NCBI RefSeq assembly: GCF_002298605.1
Contig: NZ_DBKS01000055.1
DNA from: Bifidobacterium sp. UBA744
GTDB lineage: Bacteria; Actinomycetota; Actinomycetes; Actinomycetales; Bifidobacteriaceae
Reading direction: 5' to 3' (one strand)
Length of the DNA: 64,000 nt
The first letter of the stretch is position 1; each line of letters begins with the position of its first letter. This document shows positions 10,619-20,023 of the stretch, in pieces. Below the pieces are notes generated by a model that worked only from the letters and a program-made list of their open reading frames with translations, had not been told where the DNA came from and made no database searches. The position numbers and the translations under genes are program-made.

Positions 10619-11368
10619 CTATGCCTCGCAGGCGGCGCGGATACAGGCGATGGCGTTCAGCGAGCGCGGATAGCCGATGTACGGCAGTATCTGCGAGACC
10701 ACGGCGATGAGGAATCCCTTCTCGTTGCCGACGCGCATATTGGCCGCGGCATGGGCGGTGGCCTGGGGGTCGCATCCGCCCTGGGAGACGAGGAAGCAGA
10801 ACGTGATCATCTCACGCCACCGTGCGTCCAGTCCCTTGCGCGTGTAGTAGTCGCCGAAGCAGTTGTCCGCCAGCCAGCGGTCGATGTGCCGCGTGTCCTC
10901 CGGACCGGACCGCGCACGATTCCGCATCTTCTCTCCGAATAGTTCCGCCTGTTTGGTCTCCCCCGCCTCGAGGCGCGTTTCCGGGGTCACGGTGCCTTGG
11001 GGCTCGAGCGGCATGGGCACGTCCTTGTCCTGCAGATAGTCGTTGACCGTGTGAAGGAATGGAAGCACCCGCCCCATGCCAAGATAGGCCGTGCCCTGGT
11101 AGACGATTTCCTTGACCTGCACCGGGGTGACGCCGCTTTCCAGGGCGACGGGCAGCATGACTTCGAATTCGTCGACGGCGGACTCCCCCATCAGGGCGGC
11201 GAGAATCGCCATAGACCGCACCGGGTCGGTGAGATCGGGATGGTTCGCCTTCGGCTCGCGAATCACCTCGTCGTAGGCGAATCGCGAGAACAATTCCACG
11301 AATTGCGGGTCGGAATCGCCGAGCGGCATGCGTGAATCCGAGAACAAGCCCCTCTTTTTGCCGAACAT
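10619..11368 (-). CDS. Carboxymuconolactone decarboxylase (CMD) family protein with tandem domains
   Basis: EIVYQGTAYLGMGR, NCFGDYYTRKGLD..REMITF and PYIGYPRSLNA motifs. AAGGAGG RBS before MFGKK. Confidence 0.82.
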   Translation of the reverse strand: MFGKKRGLFSDSRMPLGDSDPQFVELFSRFAYDEVIREPKANHPDLTDPVRSMAILAALMGESAVDEFEVMLPVALESGVTPVQVKEIVYQGTAYLGMGRVLPFLHTVNDYLQDKDVPMPLEPQGTVTPETRLEAGETKQAELFGEKMRNRARSGPEDTRHIDRWLADNCFGDYYTRKGLDARWREMITFCFLVSQGGCDPQATAHAAANMRVGNEKGFLIAVVSQILPYIGYPRSLNAIACIRAACEA

Positions 11369-11480
11369 TGGTTGGTCCTCCTTGTCTGCCGATGGTTGCC
11401 ATCCTAGCAATGGCTCGTAACGGCCCGGAGGATTCCCGGCGGTCCGGGCGTCCGCCCCGACCCACACAATAGACACCATG

Positions 11481-11509
11481 TTGACGTAATAAAGAACTCC
11501 TAGTAGGCT
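11481..11509 (+). promoter_or_regulatory. Putative housekeeping promoter for tetR
   Basis: TTGACG-17 nt-TAGGCT upstream of an AAGGAG RBS. Confidence 0.6.
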
Positions 11510-11540
11510 GTTCCCCCGAGTCAACTTTCAAGGAGTCGAT

Positions 11541-12146
11541 ATGGCCCGCAAGCGCAACACCGGAACCGAGGCGAAGATCAAAGAGGCGTTCACCGCCCTG
11601 CTGAGGGAAAAGGGCTTCGACGCCATGACAGTCAGCGACATCGCGCGCACCGCGGGCATCAACCGAGGCACCTTCTACATGCACTACATGGACAAGTTCG
11701 ACCTCAGGCAGCAGCTCATCGACAATGCGACGATGGACCTGCGCGACATTCTGACCCCGCCCGCAATCGCCTCCCACGCGACGCAGCCCGACAGGCATGT
11801 GAGCACGTTGGACGTCATCGCCCCCCAGGCGATACTGCGCGCGCTGCAATACGTCAAGAACGACGCGGCGTTCTTCGATGCGATCTCGCAATCCGGCCAG
11901 GACATGCGCATGTACGACGAGACGAAAACCATCCTCAAGAAAATGCTGGAGGACAACGCGGCCAGAATGAGGGTCAAACCGACGCTGGGAGGGCTTCCGG
12001 CCACCTACGGCTACGAAATCGTCGTATCGTCCGTCACCTCGATCATCTGGCTGTGGATTCGCCGCGGCTTTCTGGAAACTCCGGAAGCCATCACCAAATA
12101 CATCGAGCTGAACAAGAGGCTCAGCCCGGTCGCGCTGCTTCGATAG
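11541..12146 (+). CDS. TetR/AcrR family transcriptional regulator
   Basis: N-terminal HTH KGFDAMTVSDIARTAGINRGTFYMHYMDK. Confidence 0.9.
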   Translation: MARKRNTGTEAKIKEAFTALLREKGFDAMTVSDIARTAGINRGTFYMHYMDKFDLRQQLIDNATMDLRDILTPPAIASHATQPDRHVSTLDVIAPQAILRALQYVKNDAAFFDAISQSGQDMRMYDETKTILKKMLEDNAARMRVKPTLGGLPATYGYEIVVSSVTSIIWLWIRRGFLETPEAITKYIELNKRLSPVALLR

Positions 12147-12171
12147 GCGCCCCGGCCCAATACCGACGCGG

Positions 12172-12191
12172 TGGTATAACTACGAGCTATG
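12172..12191 (+). promoter_or_regulatory. Extended -10 (TGgTATAAC) overlapped by a putative LysR box
   Basis: TATAACTACGAGCTATG at 12175-12191 spans the -10 and the ATG. No SD is visible. Confidence 0.55.
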
Positions 12192-13112
12192 ACTATTCTT
12201 CAACTGCGCTACATCGTCAAGATCGTCGAATGCGGGTCGATGAACGAGGCATCGCATGAGCTGTACGTGTCCCAGCCGGCGTTGAGCTCCTCGGTGAAGG
12301 AGCTGGAGAACGAACTGGGCATCGAGATCTTCACCCGCCACTCGCAGGGCATCGCACTGACGGTGGACGGGGCGGAATTCCTCACCTATGCCCGCCAGGT
12401 GCTCGACCAGGCGGACCTCCTCGAGGAACGGTACAAGCACGCCAAGCCGCGCAAGCAGCTGTGCACGGTGTCCACGCAGCACTACATGTTCGCCGTCGAG
12501 GCCTTCGTGGAAATGATCAACTCCATCAAGTCCGACGAATACGAATTCACCATCCGCGAAACCAGGACCCGCGACATCATCAACCAAACCGCCAACATGC
12601 AGTCCGACCTGGGCATCATCTACCTGTCCGATTTCAACAAGGACGTCATCGGCAAACTGCTGCGCGAAAAGCACCTCGAGTTCCATCCGCTGTTCCGTGC
12701 GCCGCTGCACGTCTTCCTGGCGCGCACCAACCCGCTGGCGTCCAAGAAGTCGCTCACCATGGAGGATCTCAAGCCGTACCCCTTCATCCAATACGAGCAG
12801 GGCGAGGAGGGGAGCTTCTACTTCTACGAGGAGGCGGTCTGGCCGGACTACTCCCCCAAGCAAATCAACGTCACCGACCGCGCCACCATCCTCAACTTCA
12901 TCATCGGCCTCAACGGCTACACGGTGTGCACGGGCATCGACAACGGCGATCTCAACAATGAGAAAATCGTCACCGTGCCGTTGGAATCCGATGAGACCAT
13001 GCTCGTGGGGTGGATCACCAACGAACGCGCCAAACTCTCATCCGCGGCGGAGAACTATCTCGACAGGCTCAAGTCCGTGGTGTCGGCGCACGGATACACG
13101 CTGATCGACTAG
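12189..13112 (+). CDS. LysR family regulator, CpsY/MtaR/MetR-like
   Basis: HTH QLRYIVKIVECGSMNEASHELYVSQPALSSSVKELENELGIEIFTR; 307 aa. Resembles streptococcal CpsY/MtaR from recall. Confidence 0.9.
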   Translation: MTILQLRYIVKIVECGSMNEASHELYVSQPALSSSVKELENELGIEIFTRHSQGIALTVDGAEFLTYARQVLDQADLLEERYKHAKPRKQLCTVSTQHYMFAVEAFVEMINSIKSDEYEFTIRETRTRDIINQTANMQSDLGIIYLSDFNKDVIGKLLREKHLEFHPLFRAPLHVFLARTNPLASKKSLTMEDLKPYPFIQYEQGEEGSFYFYEEAVWPDYSPKQINVTDRATILNFIIGLNGYTVCTGIDNGDLNNEKIVTVPLESDETMLVGWITNERAKLSSAAENYLDRLKSVVSAHGYTLID

Positions 13113-13149
13113 CTCATTCAACCGACGCCAGGCGTTCGCACCACCTGCG

Positions 13150-13198
13150 AGTTGAGGCTCCCGCCCCTGTATTATCGCAGCGGGCGGGAGCCTCAACT
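13150..13198. terminator. Hairpin between convergent lysR and pyrE, likely bidirectional terminator
   Basis: AGTTGAGGCTCCCGCCC / GGGCGGGAGCCTCAACT 17-bp inverted repeat. Confidence 0.7.
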
Positions 13199-13256
13199 GT
13201 CTGCCGTCAATGCGCCGCCAACCGTCTCACGCCATTGGGGGCAGGGGCCATGGGAT

Positions 13257-13952
13257 TCACGCGCCGTATCGGTCGAGGTAGGCGTCGGCTGCGGCCTTGA
13301 TCGCCTCGGTCACATACGGCATACCGTCGGCGGCGGCGATATGCCGGCCGGCCTCGAAGATCTCGCGCACATTGGCGATCGCAAACACCGGGAATCCGAA
13401 TTCGGCCTCGACGGCCTTCACCGCCGACACGTCGGAACCCCTGGTCTTCTCCATGCGATCGACCGAAAGCACCAGGCCGACGATCTCGACGTTGGCTTCG
13501 GCCTTCAACTTGGGAATGACCTCACGCACCGCGGTGCCGGCGGTCATCACATCGTCGACCAACAGCACCTTCATGCCGTCGGACAACTGGGTGCCCACCA
13601 TCACGCCGCCGTCGCCATGGTCCTTCCTCTCCTTGCGGTCGAAGGTGTATCCGACCTGGAGATCATGGGCGCCGGTGAGCGCGATCGCCGTGGAGACGGC
13701 CAGCGGGATGCCCTTGTAGGCGGGTCCGAAAATCGTGTCGATGTCGTGGGGCAGATTGCCGGAGGCGATTTCCTCGGCGATTTTTTCGGCATAGAACGCG
13801 CCGAGCGTGGCGATCTTACGGCCGTCGTCGAATGCGCCGGCGTTGATGAAATACGGCGACCTGCGGCCGGATTTCAAGGTGAAGTCGCCGAATTTCAGCG
13901 CCTTGGACTCCAAGAGGAACTGGGTGAAGCGAATGTCCAGATTGCCGCTCAT
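13257..13952 (-). CDS. pyrE: Orotate phosphoribosyltransferase
   Basis: [32 protein letters not shown] and [15 protein letters not shown] loop. Confidence 0.95.
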   Translation of the reverse strand: MSGNLDIRFTQFLLESKALKFGDFTLKSGRRSPYFINAGAFDDGRKIATLGAFYAEKIAEEIASGNLPHDIDTIFGPAYKGIPLAVSTAIALTGAHDLQVGYTFDRKERKDHGDGGVMVGTQLSDGMKVLLVDDVMTAGTAVREVIPKLKAEANVEIVGLVLSVDRMEKTRGSDVSAVKAVEAEFGFPVFAIANVREIFEAGRHIAAADGMPYVTEAIKAAADAYLDRYGA

Positions 13953-14016
13953 AACGAAATGCTCCTTCGATTGTGTTGGTGATCGTTGCCAATGGATGCA
14001 TGGGACGAGGCCACGG

Positions 14017-14997
14017 TTACCGCCATGATTGGCCCGCCGCCAGCTTGCCGGCCAGGTCGGGCCGCTGGTCAAGCAGCGCGTCGAGTTCGCGGGCGATGCG
14101 CAACGGGGCGATCGGATCGAACAGGGCGGCCGCGCCCACTTCCACCGCATTCGCGCCGGCATACAGGTATTCCAACGCCTTTTCGCCCGAATCGATGCCG
14201 CCGATGCCGATGATCGGCACATCCGGCAGCGCCGTGCGGACCTGCCATACCTTGGCCAGGCCGATCGGCAACACGGCCGGACCGGAGACGCCGCCGGTCA
14301 CATGATCGATGATCGGCTTGCCGGTGCGCGTGTTGATGCGCATGCCGACGACCGTGTTGATCAGGCTGAGCGCGTCGGCCCCGGCCTCCACCGCCGCCTG
14401 GGCGGGAGCCGTGATGTCGGTGACGTTGGGCGTGAGCTTGACGATCATCGGCTTGTCGGTCAGTGAACGCAGCCGGGAGACAAGCCGATACAGCGCCTGC
14501 GGATCGGTCCCCACGCTCATGCCGCCATGGCTCACGTTTGGGCAGCTGACGTTGATCTCCAGCATATCGGCCGGCGACGAGGCCAGTTTGGCGACCACTT
14601 CGGCATAGTCGTCATCGCTGTGTCCGCAGACATTGGTCACGACGTTGGCGTTGATCGCCTTCAGCTTGGGAAGATCGTCCTCGAGATAGTGGTCGACGCC
14701 GGGGTTCTGCAAACCGACCGCATTGATGTTGCTGGCGGGCCCCTCGGCGGTGCGCACACCCGGGTTGCCCTCCCATGGAACCGGGGACACGCCTTTGGTG
14801 CTGACGGCGCCGAGCTGGCTCACATCATAGAACCAGCGCACGGCGGCATATTGGAACGTGCCGGACGCCGTACCCACCGGATTCTTCCACGGCACACCCG
14901 CCACCACCGTCGGATGACGCCACTCATATGGCTCGTACAGGTTCGCCTGCCGGTCCTCGCATCGGTCGGTCGCTGCCGCTGTTGCCGCTGTCGTCAT
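14017..14997 (-). CDS. pyrD: Dihydroorotate dehydrogenase 1B, catalytic subunit
   Basis: [39 protein letters not shown] and IIGIGGI motifs. Confidence 0.94.
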   Translation of the reverse strand: MTTAATAAATDRCEDRQANLYEPYEWRHPTVVAGVPWKNPVGTASGTFQYAAVRWFYDVSQLGAVSTKGVSPVPWEGNPGVRTAEGPASNINAVGLQNPGVDHYLEDDLPKLKAINANVVTNVCGHSDDDYAEVVAKLASSPADMLEINVSCPNVSHGGMSVGTDPQALYRLVSRLRSLTDKPMIVKLTPNVTDITAPAQAAVEAGADALSLINTVVGMRINTRTGKPIIDHVTGGVSGPAVLPIGLAKVWQVRTALPDVPIIGIGGIDSGEKALEYLYAGANAVEVGAAALFDPIAPLRIARELDALLDQRPDLAGKLAAGQSWR

Positions 14998-14998
14998 G

Positions 14999-15814
14999 TC
15001 ATTCCCCCCATCCAAGTTGCTCACGGGTAAACACCGGGCCGTCGCTGCACACTTTCAGACGGCCGTCCACTGTATCGACGGTGCAAAGCACGCAGGTGCC
15101 GTATCCGCATCCCATGCGCTGTTCCATGCTCAGCTGGCAGGGCAGATCGCGCTCCACAGCCCAGCCGGCCACGGCCTTCATCATCGGCAGCGGGCCGCAC
15201 GACAGGATCGTCGTATTGCCATCGGCGGCAAATTCACCGGCGTGGGCGTCCAGCAGCGTGATCACATTGCCCCGGGACTCGTCGATGCTCAGCGTGGCGT
15301 CCGCGTAACGGCTCACATAGTCGTCCGCGAAATGGTCGTTTCGGTAGCCGAACACCGCGGTGGTGGTCGCGTCGTCCCGCCCGGACAGGCACTGGGCCGC
15401 GTAGATCAGCGGGGGCACGCCGAGACCGCCGCCGACCAGCACGTAATGGCCGGCTTCCTTGACCTTGAAGGGCCGTCCCAGCGGTCCCAGCACATCCAGC
15501 GTGTCGCCGACACGCATCGCGGCGAGTTCCCGGGTGCCTTCGCCGATCACCGCGAAGATGACGCTGACGTCATCGCCGTCGACCTCGCTGACGCCGAATG
15601 GCCGCGGCATCAGATGCATCGGGTCCCTGACGAACAGATCGACGAACTGAGCCGGCTTCGCGTGGGCCGCGATATAGGGGTCCCGGAAGCTCAGGCGTAC
15701 AACGCCGTCCGTCAATTCGCCGATATCGGTGATCTCAACGGGATGACGCGGAGGGAAAAACCCTGCGGCCGTCGCCTCGTCGACGATCCTGGCCGTGCGT
15801 GAAAAAGTCGGCAT
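14999..15814 (-). CDS. pyrK: Dihydroorotate dehydrogenase electron-transfer subunit
   Basis: RPFGVS, GPLGRPF, GGGLGVPP, CGPLPMM and the 2Fe-2S motif MGCGYGTCVLC...VCSDGPVF. Confidence 0.93.
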   Translation of the reverse strand: MPTFSRTARIVDEATAAGFFPPRHPVEITDIGELTDGVVRLSFRDPYIAAHAKPAQFVDLFVRDPMHLMPRPFGVSEVDGDDVSVIFAVIGEGTRELAAMRVGDTLDVLGPLGRPFKVKEAGHYVLVGGGLGVPPLIYAAQCLSGRDDATTTAVFGYRNDHFADDYVSRYADATLSIDESRGNVITLLDAHAGEFAADGNTTILSCGPLPMMKAVAGWAVERDLPCQLSMEQRMGCGYGTCVLCTVDTVDGRLKVCSDGPVFTREQLGWGE

Positions 15815-15887
15815 TTCCTTGATGCTCTCCTGTCCTTGTTCTGCTGACGTAATGATGGAAAAAGGGAAACGGCGGCGGGGAACCGTG

Positions 15888-16853
15888 CTACAGCACGGCC
15901 CGCAGATCGTCGCGCATCGCGATCGCCGCCTGCCGCGCCGCCCGAGCGACGAGGTCCAGGGCGTCGTGCGCGCTCATGGATTCGCTGTACCGGCCGGATT
16001 TCCTCCACGCCCCGATGATCCCGCGCGTGGAGCTGATCGCCGCGCCGGATCCGTTCGCGTCGAACATGCCCGCCACGTCCGCCGCGGTGCCTCCCTGGGC
16101 TCCGTAGCCGGGCACCAGGAAGAAGGTGTGCGGCATGCGCCGGCGCAGCGCCCTGCCCTCCTGAGGATGGGTCGCGCCCACCACGGCGCCGACACGGGAA
16201 TATCCGCGCTCTCCCAGGGTGCCCTCCCCCCACCGCTCGACGAGGTCGGCGACCCGCTCATAGAGCTTGCCGCCGCCGACGAGATCAAGCATCTGCAGTT
16301 CGCTGGACGAGGGATTGGACGTGCGGACCAGCACGAAGATGTCCTTGTCGTTGTCCCGGGCCGCCTCGACGAACGGGGTGATGCCATCGGTGCCCAGATA
16401 CGGGTTGACGGTGACGGCGTCCTCATGCCACGGGTCGAAGCGCTCATCGGAGCCGGCGAGGGACACGCCGCTGAGACGGTGGGCGTAGGCGGCCGCAGTG
16501 GAGCCGATGTCACCGCGCTTGACGTCCCCCAGCACATAGAGCCCGCGCTCGGCCGCGTATTCGCAGGTCATGGCATACACGTCGACGCCGTTGGTGCCCA
16601 GCGCCTCGTACATGGCGCTTTGCGGTTTGACCGCGGGCACGATGTCGCATACCGCATCGATGATCGTGCGGTTGAACTCGTAGAACGCCACCGCCAACTG
16701 CGCGGCCGGCGCTTCGGCCGGGTCCTCGACCTCATCGCGGATCTCGTCGGCGAAGCTGGCCACCACCTGCGGGGGAACCAGCGCTTCGGTGGGGTCCAAA
16801 CCGACGATGGCCGGATTCTGTTTGGCGTTGATCGCGTCGATAAGTCGATCCAT
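15888..16853 (-). CDS. pyrF: Orotidine-5'-phosphate decarboxylase
   Basis: VGLDP, DVKRGDIGST, TVNPYLG, LVRTSNP, VVGAT and PGYGAQGG motifs. Confidence 0.95.
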   Translation of the reverse strand: MDRLIDAINAKQNPAIVGLDPTEALVPPQVVASFADEIRDEVEDPAEAPAAQLAVAFYEFNRTIIDAVCDIVPAVKPQSAMYEALGTNGVDVYAMTCEYAAERGLYVLGDVKRGDIGSTAAAYAHRLSGVSLAGSDERFDPWHEDAVTVNPYLGTDGITPFVEAARDNDKDIFVLVRTSNPSSSELQMLDLVGGGKLYERVADLVERWGEGTLGERGYSRVGAVVGATHPQEGRALRRRMPHTFFLVPGYGAQGGTAADVAGMFDANGSGAAISSTRGIIGAWRKSGRYSESMSAHDALDLVARAARQAAIAMRDDLRAVL

Positions 16854-16934
16854 GAGATACTCCTGTACTGGTTGGTTGTCGAGCTGGTGAATTGATGCGT
16901 CCGGTGACGTGTCCGGCCGCCGGGGCCGCGAACG

Positions 16935-18410
16935 CTATGACAGTCGGGTGAACGCCAGACTGCCCGCGATGATGGTGGCCATCGGGCGGCCCGTGACATG
17001 CCATCCGCCGAACGGGGTGTTGCGCGCCTTGGAATGGAAGCGCTCGGGATCCACCGTCCAGGGGGCATCGGTGCCGAGCACCACCAGATCGACGTCGCCG
17101 GCGTCGTCGCCGAGCCGGGACAGATCCAGCAGGCGGTTGCGCCCTGCGCCGGAGACGGCATGGCCGCTGCCATTCGACGCCGCGTCATTGGGGGCCGGCT
17201 CGGAATACCGCTCGACCAGATCGCCGACGTCCGTGGGCGCATGCCCCAGCAGCCGGGCCGGCGCGACGGACATGAGTTCGATCAGCCGCTCGTCCGAGAT
17301 GAACCCGCCGTCGACCAGCACCTTGTGGCACACGCCATAGGAGCATTCCAGGCCGATGATGCCGTTCGGAGCCTCAAGGAATCCCAAGGCCTTTTCATCC
17401 ATGGTGTGCGGCGCGTGGTCGGTTGCCAGCAGATCGACGGTACCGTCGGCGATGGCGGCGATGGTGGCCCGCCGATCCGCCTCGCTTCTCAGCGGCGGGT
17501 TCATTTTGGCAAGGGTGCCGTAGGTGAGCAGGGCCTCGTCGCTGAGCGCCAGATAATGCGGCGCCGTCTCGCAGGTGATCGGCAGTCCCTCGGCCTTGGC
17601 CTTGCGGATGGCGTCGAACGAACAGGCCGTACTGACATGCTGGAAGTGGATATGCACGCCGGTTCGGCGCGCCGCCTCGATGTCGCGCTCCACGATCTTC
17701 AGCTCGGTGTCTTCGGGGATGCCGGGCACCCCGAGACGACGTGACACCGGCCCGTCGTTGACGGCGCCGGTATCGTGGTGCTCGCAATGCTCGATCAGAT
17801 ACAGGCCCGTCGCGTCGGCGTTGGCAAGCACATCATCGAGGATGCCGGCGGGCACCGCAGCCCCGTCGTCGCTGATGGCCGTCACCGGATGGGCGAGGGC
17901 CGATGCGTCCCTGCCTTCGTCACCGGCGCCGGGCAGATATGCACGCCAGGCATCGCGGTCCGACGCCTGGCGGCCGGCGCGACCTTTCGAGGCGCAAACG
18001 CAGAGATCGTACCGAACCGGCAGCGTGACCCGATGAATGCTCGCATAGTGCTGCAGATAGTCGATGACATTGGAGTATCCGGCGTCAAGCACTTCCCGCG
18101 CGCCGGGCTGACCGTCCTCCACGGGCTCACCGTCCATGGCCGGCAGCGTGTTCGGCATGATCAGCACATTGGTATAGCCGCCCGACGCCGCGGCCTCGCA
18201 TCCGGAGAGCATCGACTCCTTATAGGTCTGCCCCGGATCGCGGAAATGGACGTGAGGGTCCTCAAACCCCGGGGCGAGGGTCAGGCGGGAGGCGTCCACC
18301 ACCTGATCGGCGTCGGCATCCGTCTCGCGGATCGTCGCCTCGGACGTCGGCACCACCAGATCAATCACTTCACCGGTATTCCAGACTCGGATATTGCGAA
18401 GCGTCAGCAT
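16935..18410 (-). CDS. pyrC: Dihydroorotase
   Basis: DPHVHFRDPG, MPNT, HFQHVST, KMNPPLR, ATDHAPH and SKARNTPF motifs. GGAGG RBS before MLTLRN. Confidence 0.93.
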   Translation of the reverse strand: MLTLRNIRVWNTGEVIDLVVPTSEATIRETDADADQVVDASRLTLAPGFEDPHVHFRDPGQTYKESMLSGCEAAASGGYTNVLIMPNTLPAMDGEPVEDGQPGAREVLDAGYSNVIDYLQHYASIHRVTLPVRYDLCVCASKGRAGRQASDRDAWRAYLPGAGDEGRDASALAHPVTAISDDGAAVPAGILDDVLANADATGLYLIEHCEHHDTGAVNDGPVSRRLGVPGIPEDTELKIVERDIEAARRTGVHIHFQHVSTACSFDAIRKAKAEGLPITCETAPHYLALSDEALLTYGTLAKMNPPLRSEADRRATIAAIADGTVDLLATDHAPHTMDEKALGFLEAPNGIIGLECSYGVCHKVLVDGGFISDERLIELMSVAPARLLGHAPTDVGDLVERYSEPAPNDAASNGSGHAVSGAGRNRLLDLSRLGDDAGDVDLVVLGTDAPWTVDPERFHSKARNTPFGGWHVTGRPMATIIAGSLAFTRLS

Positions 18411-18456
18411 ACAGCCTCCTTGGAGGGGAATCATGGATTCGGTACAGCGGAACCGG

Positions 18457-18879
18457 CTACAACTTGGCTTCCTCGTCGCAGTAATCGCAACGGTATTCCT
18501 GACGCTCGCTGTGGGACAGGTGGAACATCTGGTGGATGCCGCGTTCGGTCCGGGTGACGCAACGGGGATTGACGCAGGTGATGACGTCAACCATGTGCTC
18601 GGGAAGGTTCGGCTTGATTTTCTTGACGATCTTGCCGCCGCGCACCACGTCGATGGTGGCCGACCGGGCCACGAAGCCCAGCACGTCGAGATTGAGATCC
18701 GGCTGGGGATCCTCGATCTTGATGATGTCCTTGGAACCGTACAGATGGCTTGACGCGTTCATGATGAGCGCCAGCTTGGCGGTGGAGGGATCGATGTCCA
18801 GATAAGCCAGCACCTTCAGCGCTGTGCCCGCGGGCACATGGTCGATGATGATGCCGTTCACAATGCTGGTGACTTCCAT
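18457..18879 (-). CDS. pyrI: Aspartate carbamoyltransferase regulatory chain
   Basis: IVNGIIIDHVPAG, KDIIKIE and Zn ligands CVNPRC...YRCDYC. Confidence 0.94.
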   Translation of the reverse strand: MEVTSIVNGIIIDHVPAGTALKVLAYLDIDPSTAKLALIMNASSHLYGSKDIIKIEDPQPDLNLDVLGFVARSATIDVVRGGKIVKKIKPNLPEHMVDVITCVNPRCVTRTERGIHQMFHLSHSERQEYRCDYCDEEAKL

Positions 18880-19865
18880 CAGGCCTTGACCTCCTTGCCG
18901 CTCAGCGGCTCGTAACCGGGCAGGTCGTCGTCCAACAGCGAGCTCACCAGCGCCATGCGCATCAGCATGCCGTTCTTGACCTGTTCGAAATATGCGGCCC
19001 GCGGATCGTCGTCAACCTCCACGGCGATCTCGTTGACACGCGGCAATGGGTGCAGCACGGCCATATGGGGCTTGGCGGCGGACAGCTTGCTCTCATCGAG
19101 AATGTACGTGTCGCGCAGGCGCAGGTAGTCGTCCTCGTTGAAGAAGCGCTCCTTCTGCACGCGGGTCATATAGAGCACGTCAAGATCACCGATGACGCCG
19201 GCCAGATCACGGACTTCGACGTAGGAGCAGCTCGGCGCGGATTTGATGCGGTCGATCACATACTGGGGGGTCTTGAGCTCCTCGGGGCTGATCAGCACAA
19301 AATCCACATTGCCGAAGCGGCACAGCGTTTCGATCAGAGAATGCACGGTGCGACCGAAGGTCAGATCGCCGCACAGTCCGATCGTGAGATGGGTGATGCG
19401 TCCGAACCTGGATTGCATGGTCGCCAGATCCGCCAGCGTCTGGGTGGGATGCATGTGGCCGCCGTCGCCGGCGTTGATCACGGGGACGGAGGCGGCGCGC
19501 GACGCCACCAAGGCAGCGCCTTCCTTGGGATGACGCATGGCGACGATGTCGGCGTAGTTGGACACGACCTTCAGCGTATCCGCGATGGACTCGCCTTTGG
19601 TCGCCGAGCTGAGCTGGGAGCCTGCGAAGCCGATCACCGAGCCGCCGAGCCGCAGCATGGCGGTTTCGAAACTCAGACGCGTGCGCGTGGAAGGCTCATA
19701 GAACAACGTAGCGAGCACCCGACCGTCACAGGTATGCGCCACTTCACGACGGTGCGCGTCAATGTATTCGGCCTTGTGGAGCAAGTCCTCAATCTGATGG
19801 GTGGAAAAATCGTCGAGCGTTACCAGGCTCCGCCCCTTGAGAGGGACCTCAGGCTGTTCTGACAC
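18879..19865 (-). CDS. pyrB: Aspartate carbamoyltransferase catalytic chain
   Basis: FYEPSTRTRLSFE, INAGDG..HPTQ, YMTRVQKERF and HPLPRVNEI motifs. Confidence 0.96.
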   Translation of the reverse strand: MSEQPEVPLKGRSLVTLDDFSTHQIEDLLHKAEYIDAHRREVAHTCDGRVLATLFYEPSTRTRLSFETAMLRLGGSVIGFAGSQLSSATKGESIADTLKVVSNYADIVAMRHPKEGAALVASRAASVPVINAGDGGHMHPTQTLADLATMQSRFGRITHLTIGLCGDLTFGRTVHSLIETLCRFGNVDFVLISPEELKTPQYVIDRIKSAPSCSYVEVRDLAGVIGDLDVLYMTRVQKERFFNEDDYLRLRDTYILDESKLSAAKPHMAVLHPLPRVNEIAVEVDDDPRAAYFEQVKNGMLMRMALVSSLLDDDLPGYEPLSGKEVKA

Positions 19866-19893
19866 GGCTCACCTTTCTAAAGTTGTGTTCGAA

Positions 19894-19922
19894 AAGGTGG
19901 CCACTCGATGTGACCTTGTCAA
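19894..19922 (-). promoter_or_regulatory. Putative pyr operon promoter
   Basis: Perfect TTGACA, then 17 nt, then a weak -10 CACCTT. Confidence 0.45.
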
Positions 19923-20023
19923 GGGTACGCCACGAGGAAGACACCTTCCGTTCACCTGACTGCGCGAGTCGGATGGGACGGCGGGCGCCCCGCGCGGCGT
20001 CCGCGACGTTCGCGACGGCGGGC

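Noticed and set aside
19878..19893. LexA-like half-site TCGAAC upstream of pyrB (also GTTCGA at 7838-7843)
   Set aside because: The second half-site does not match, so it is not a credible operator.
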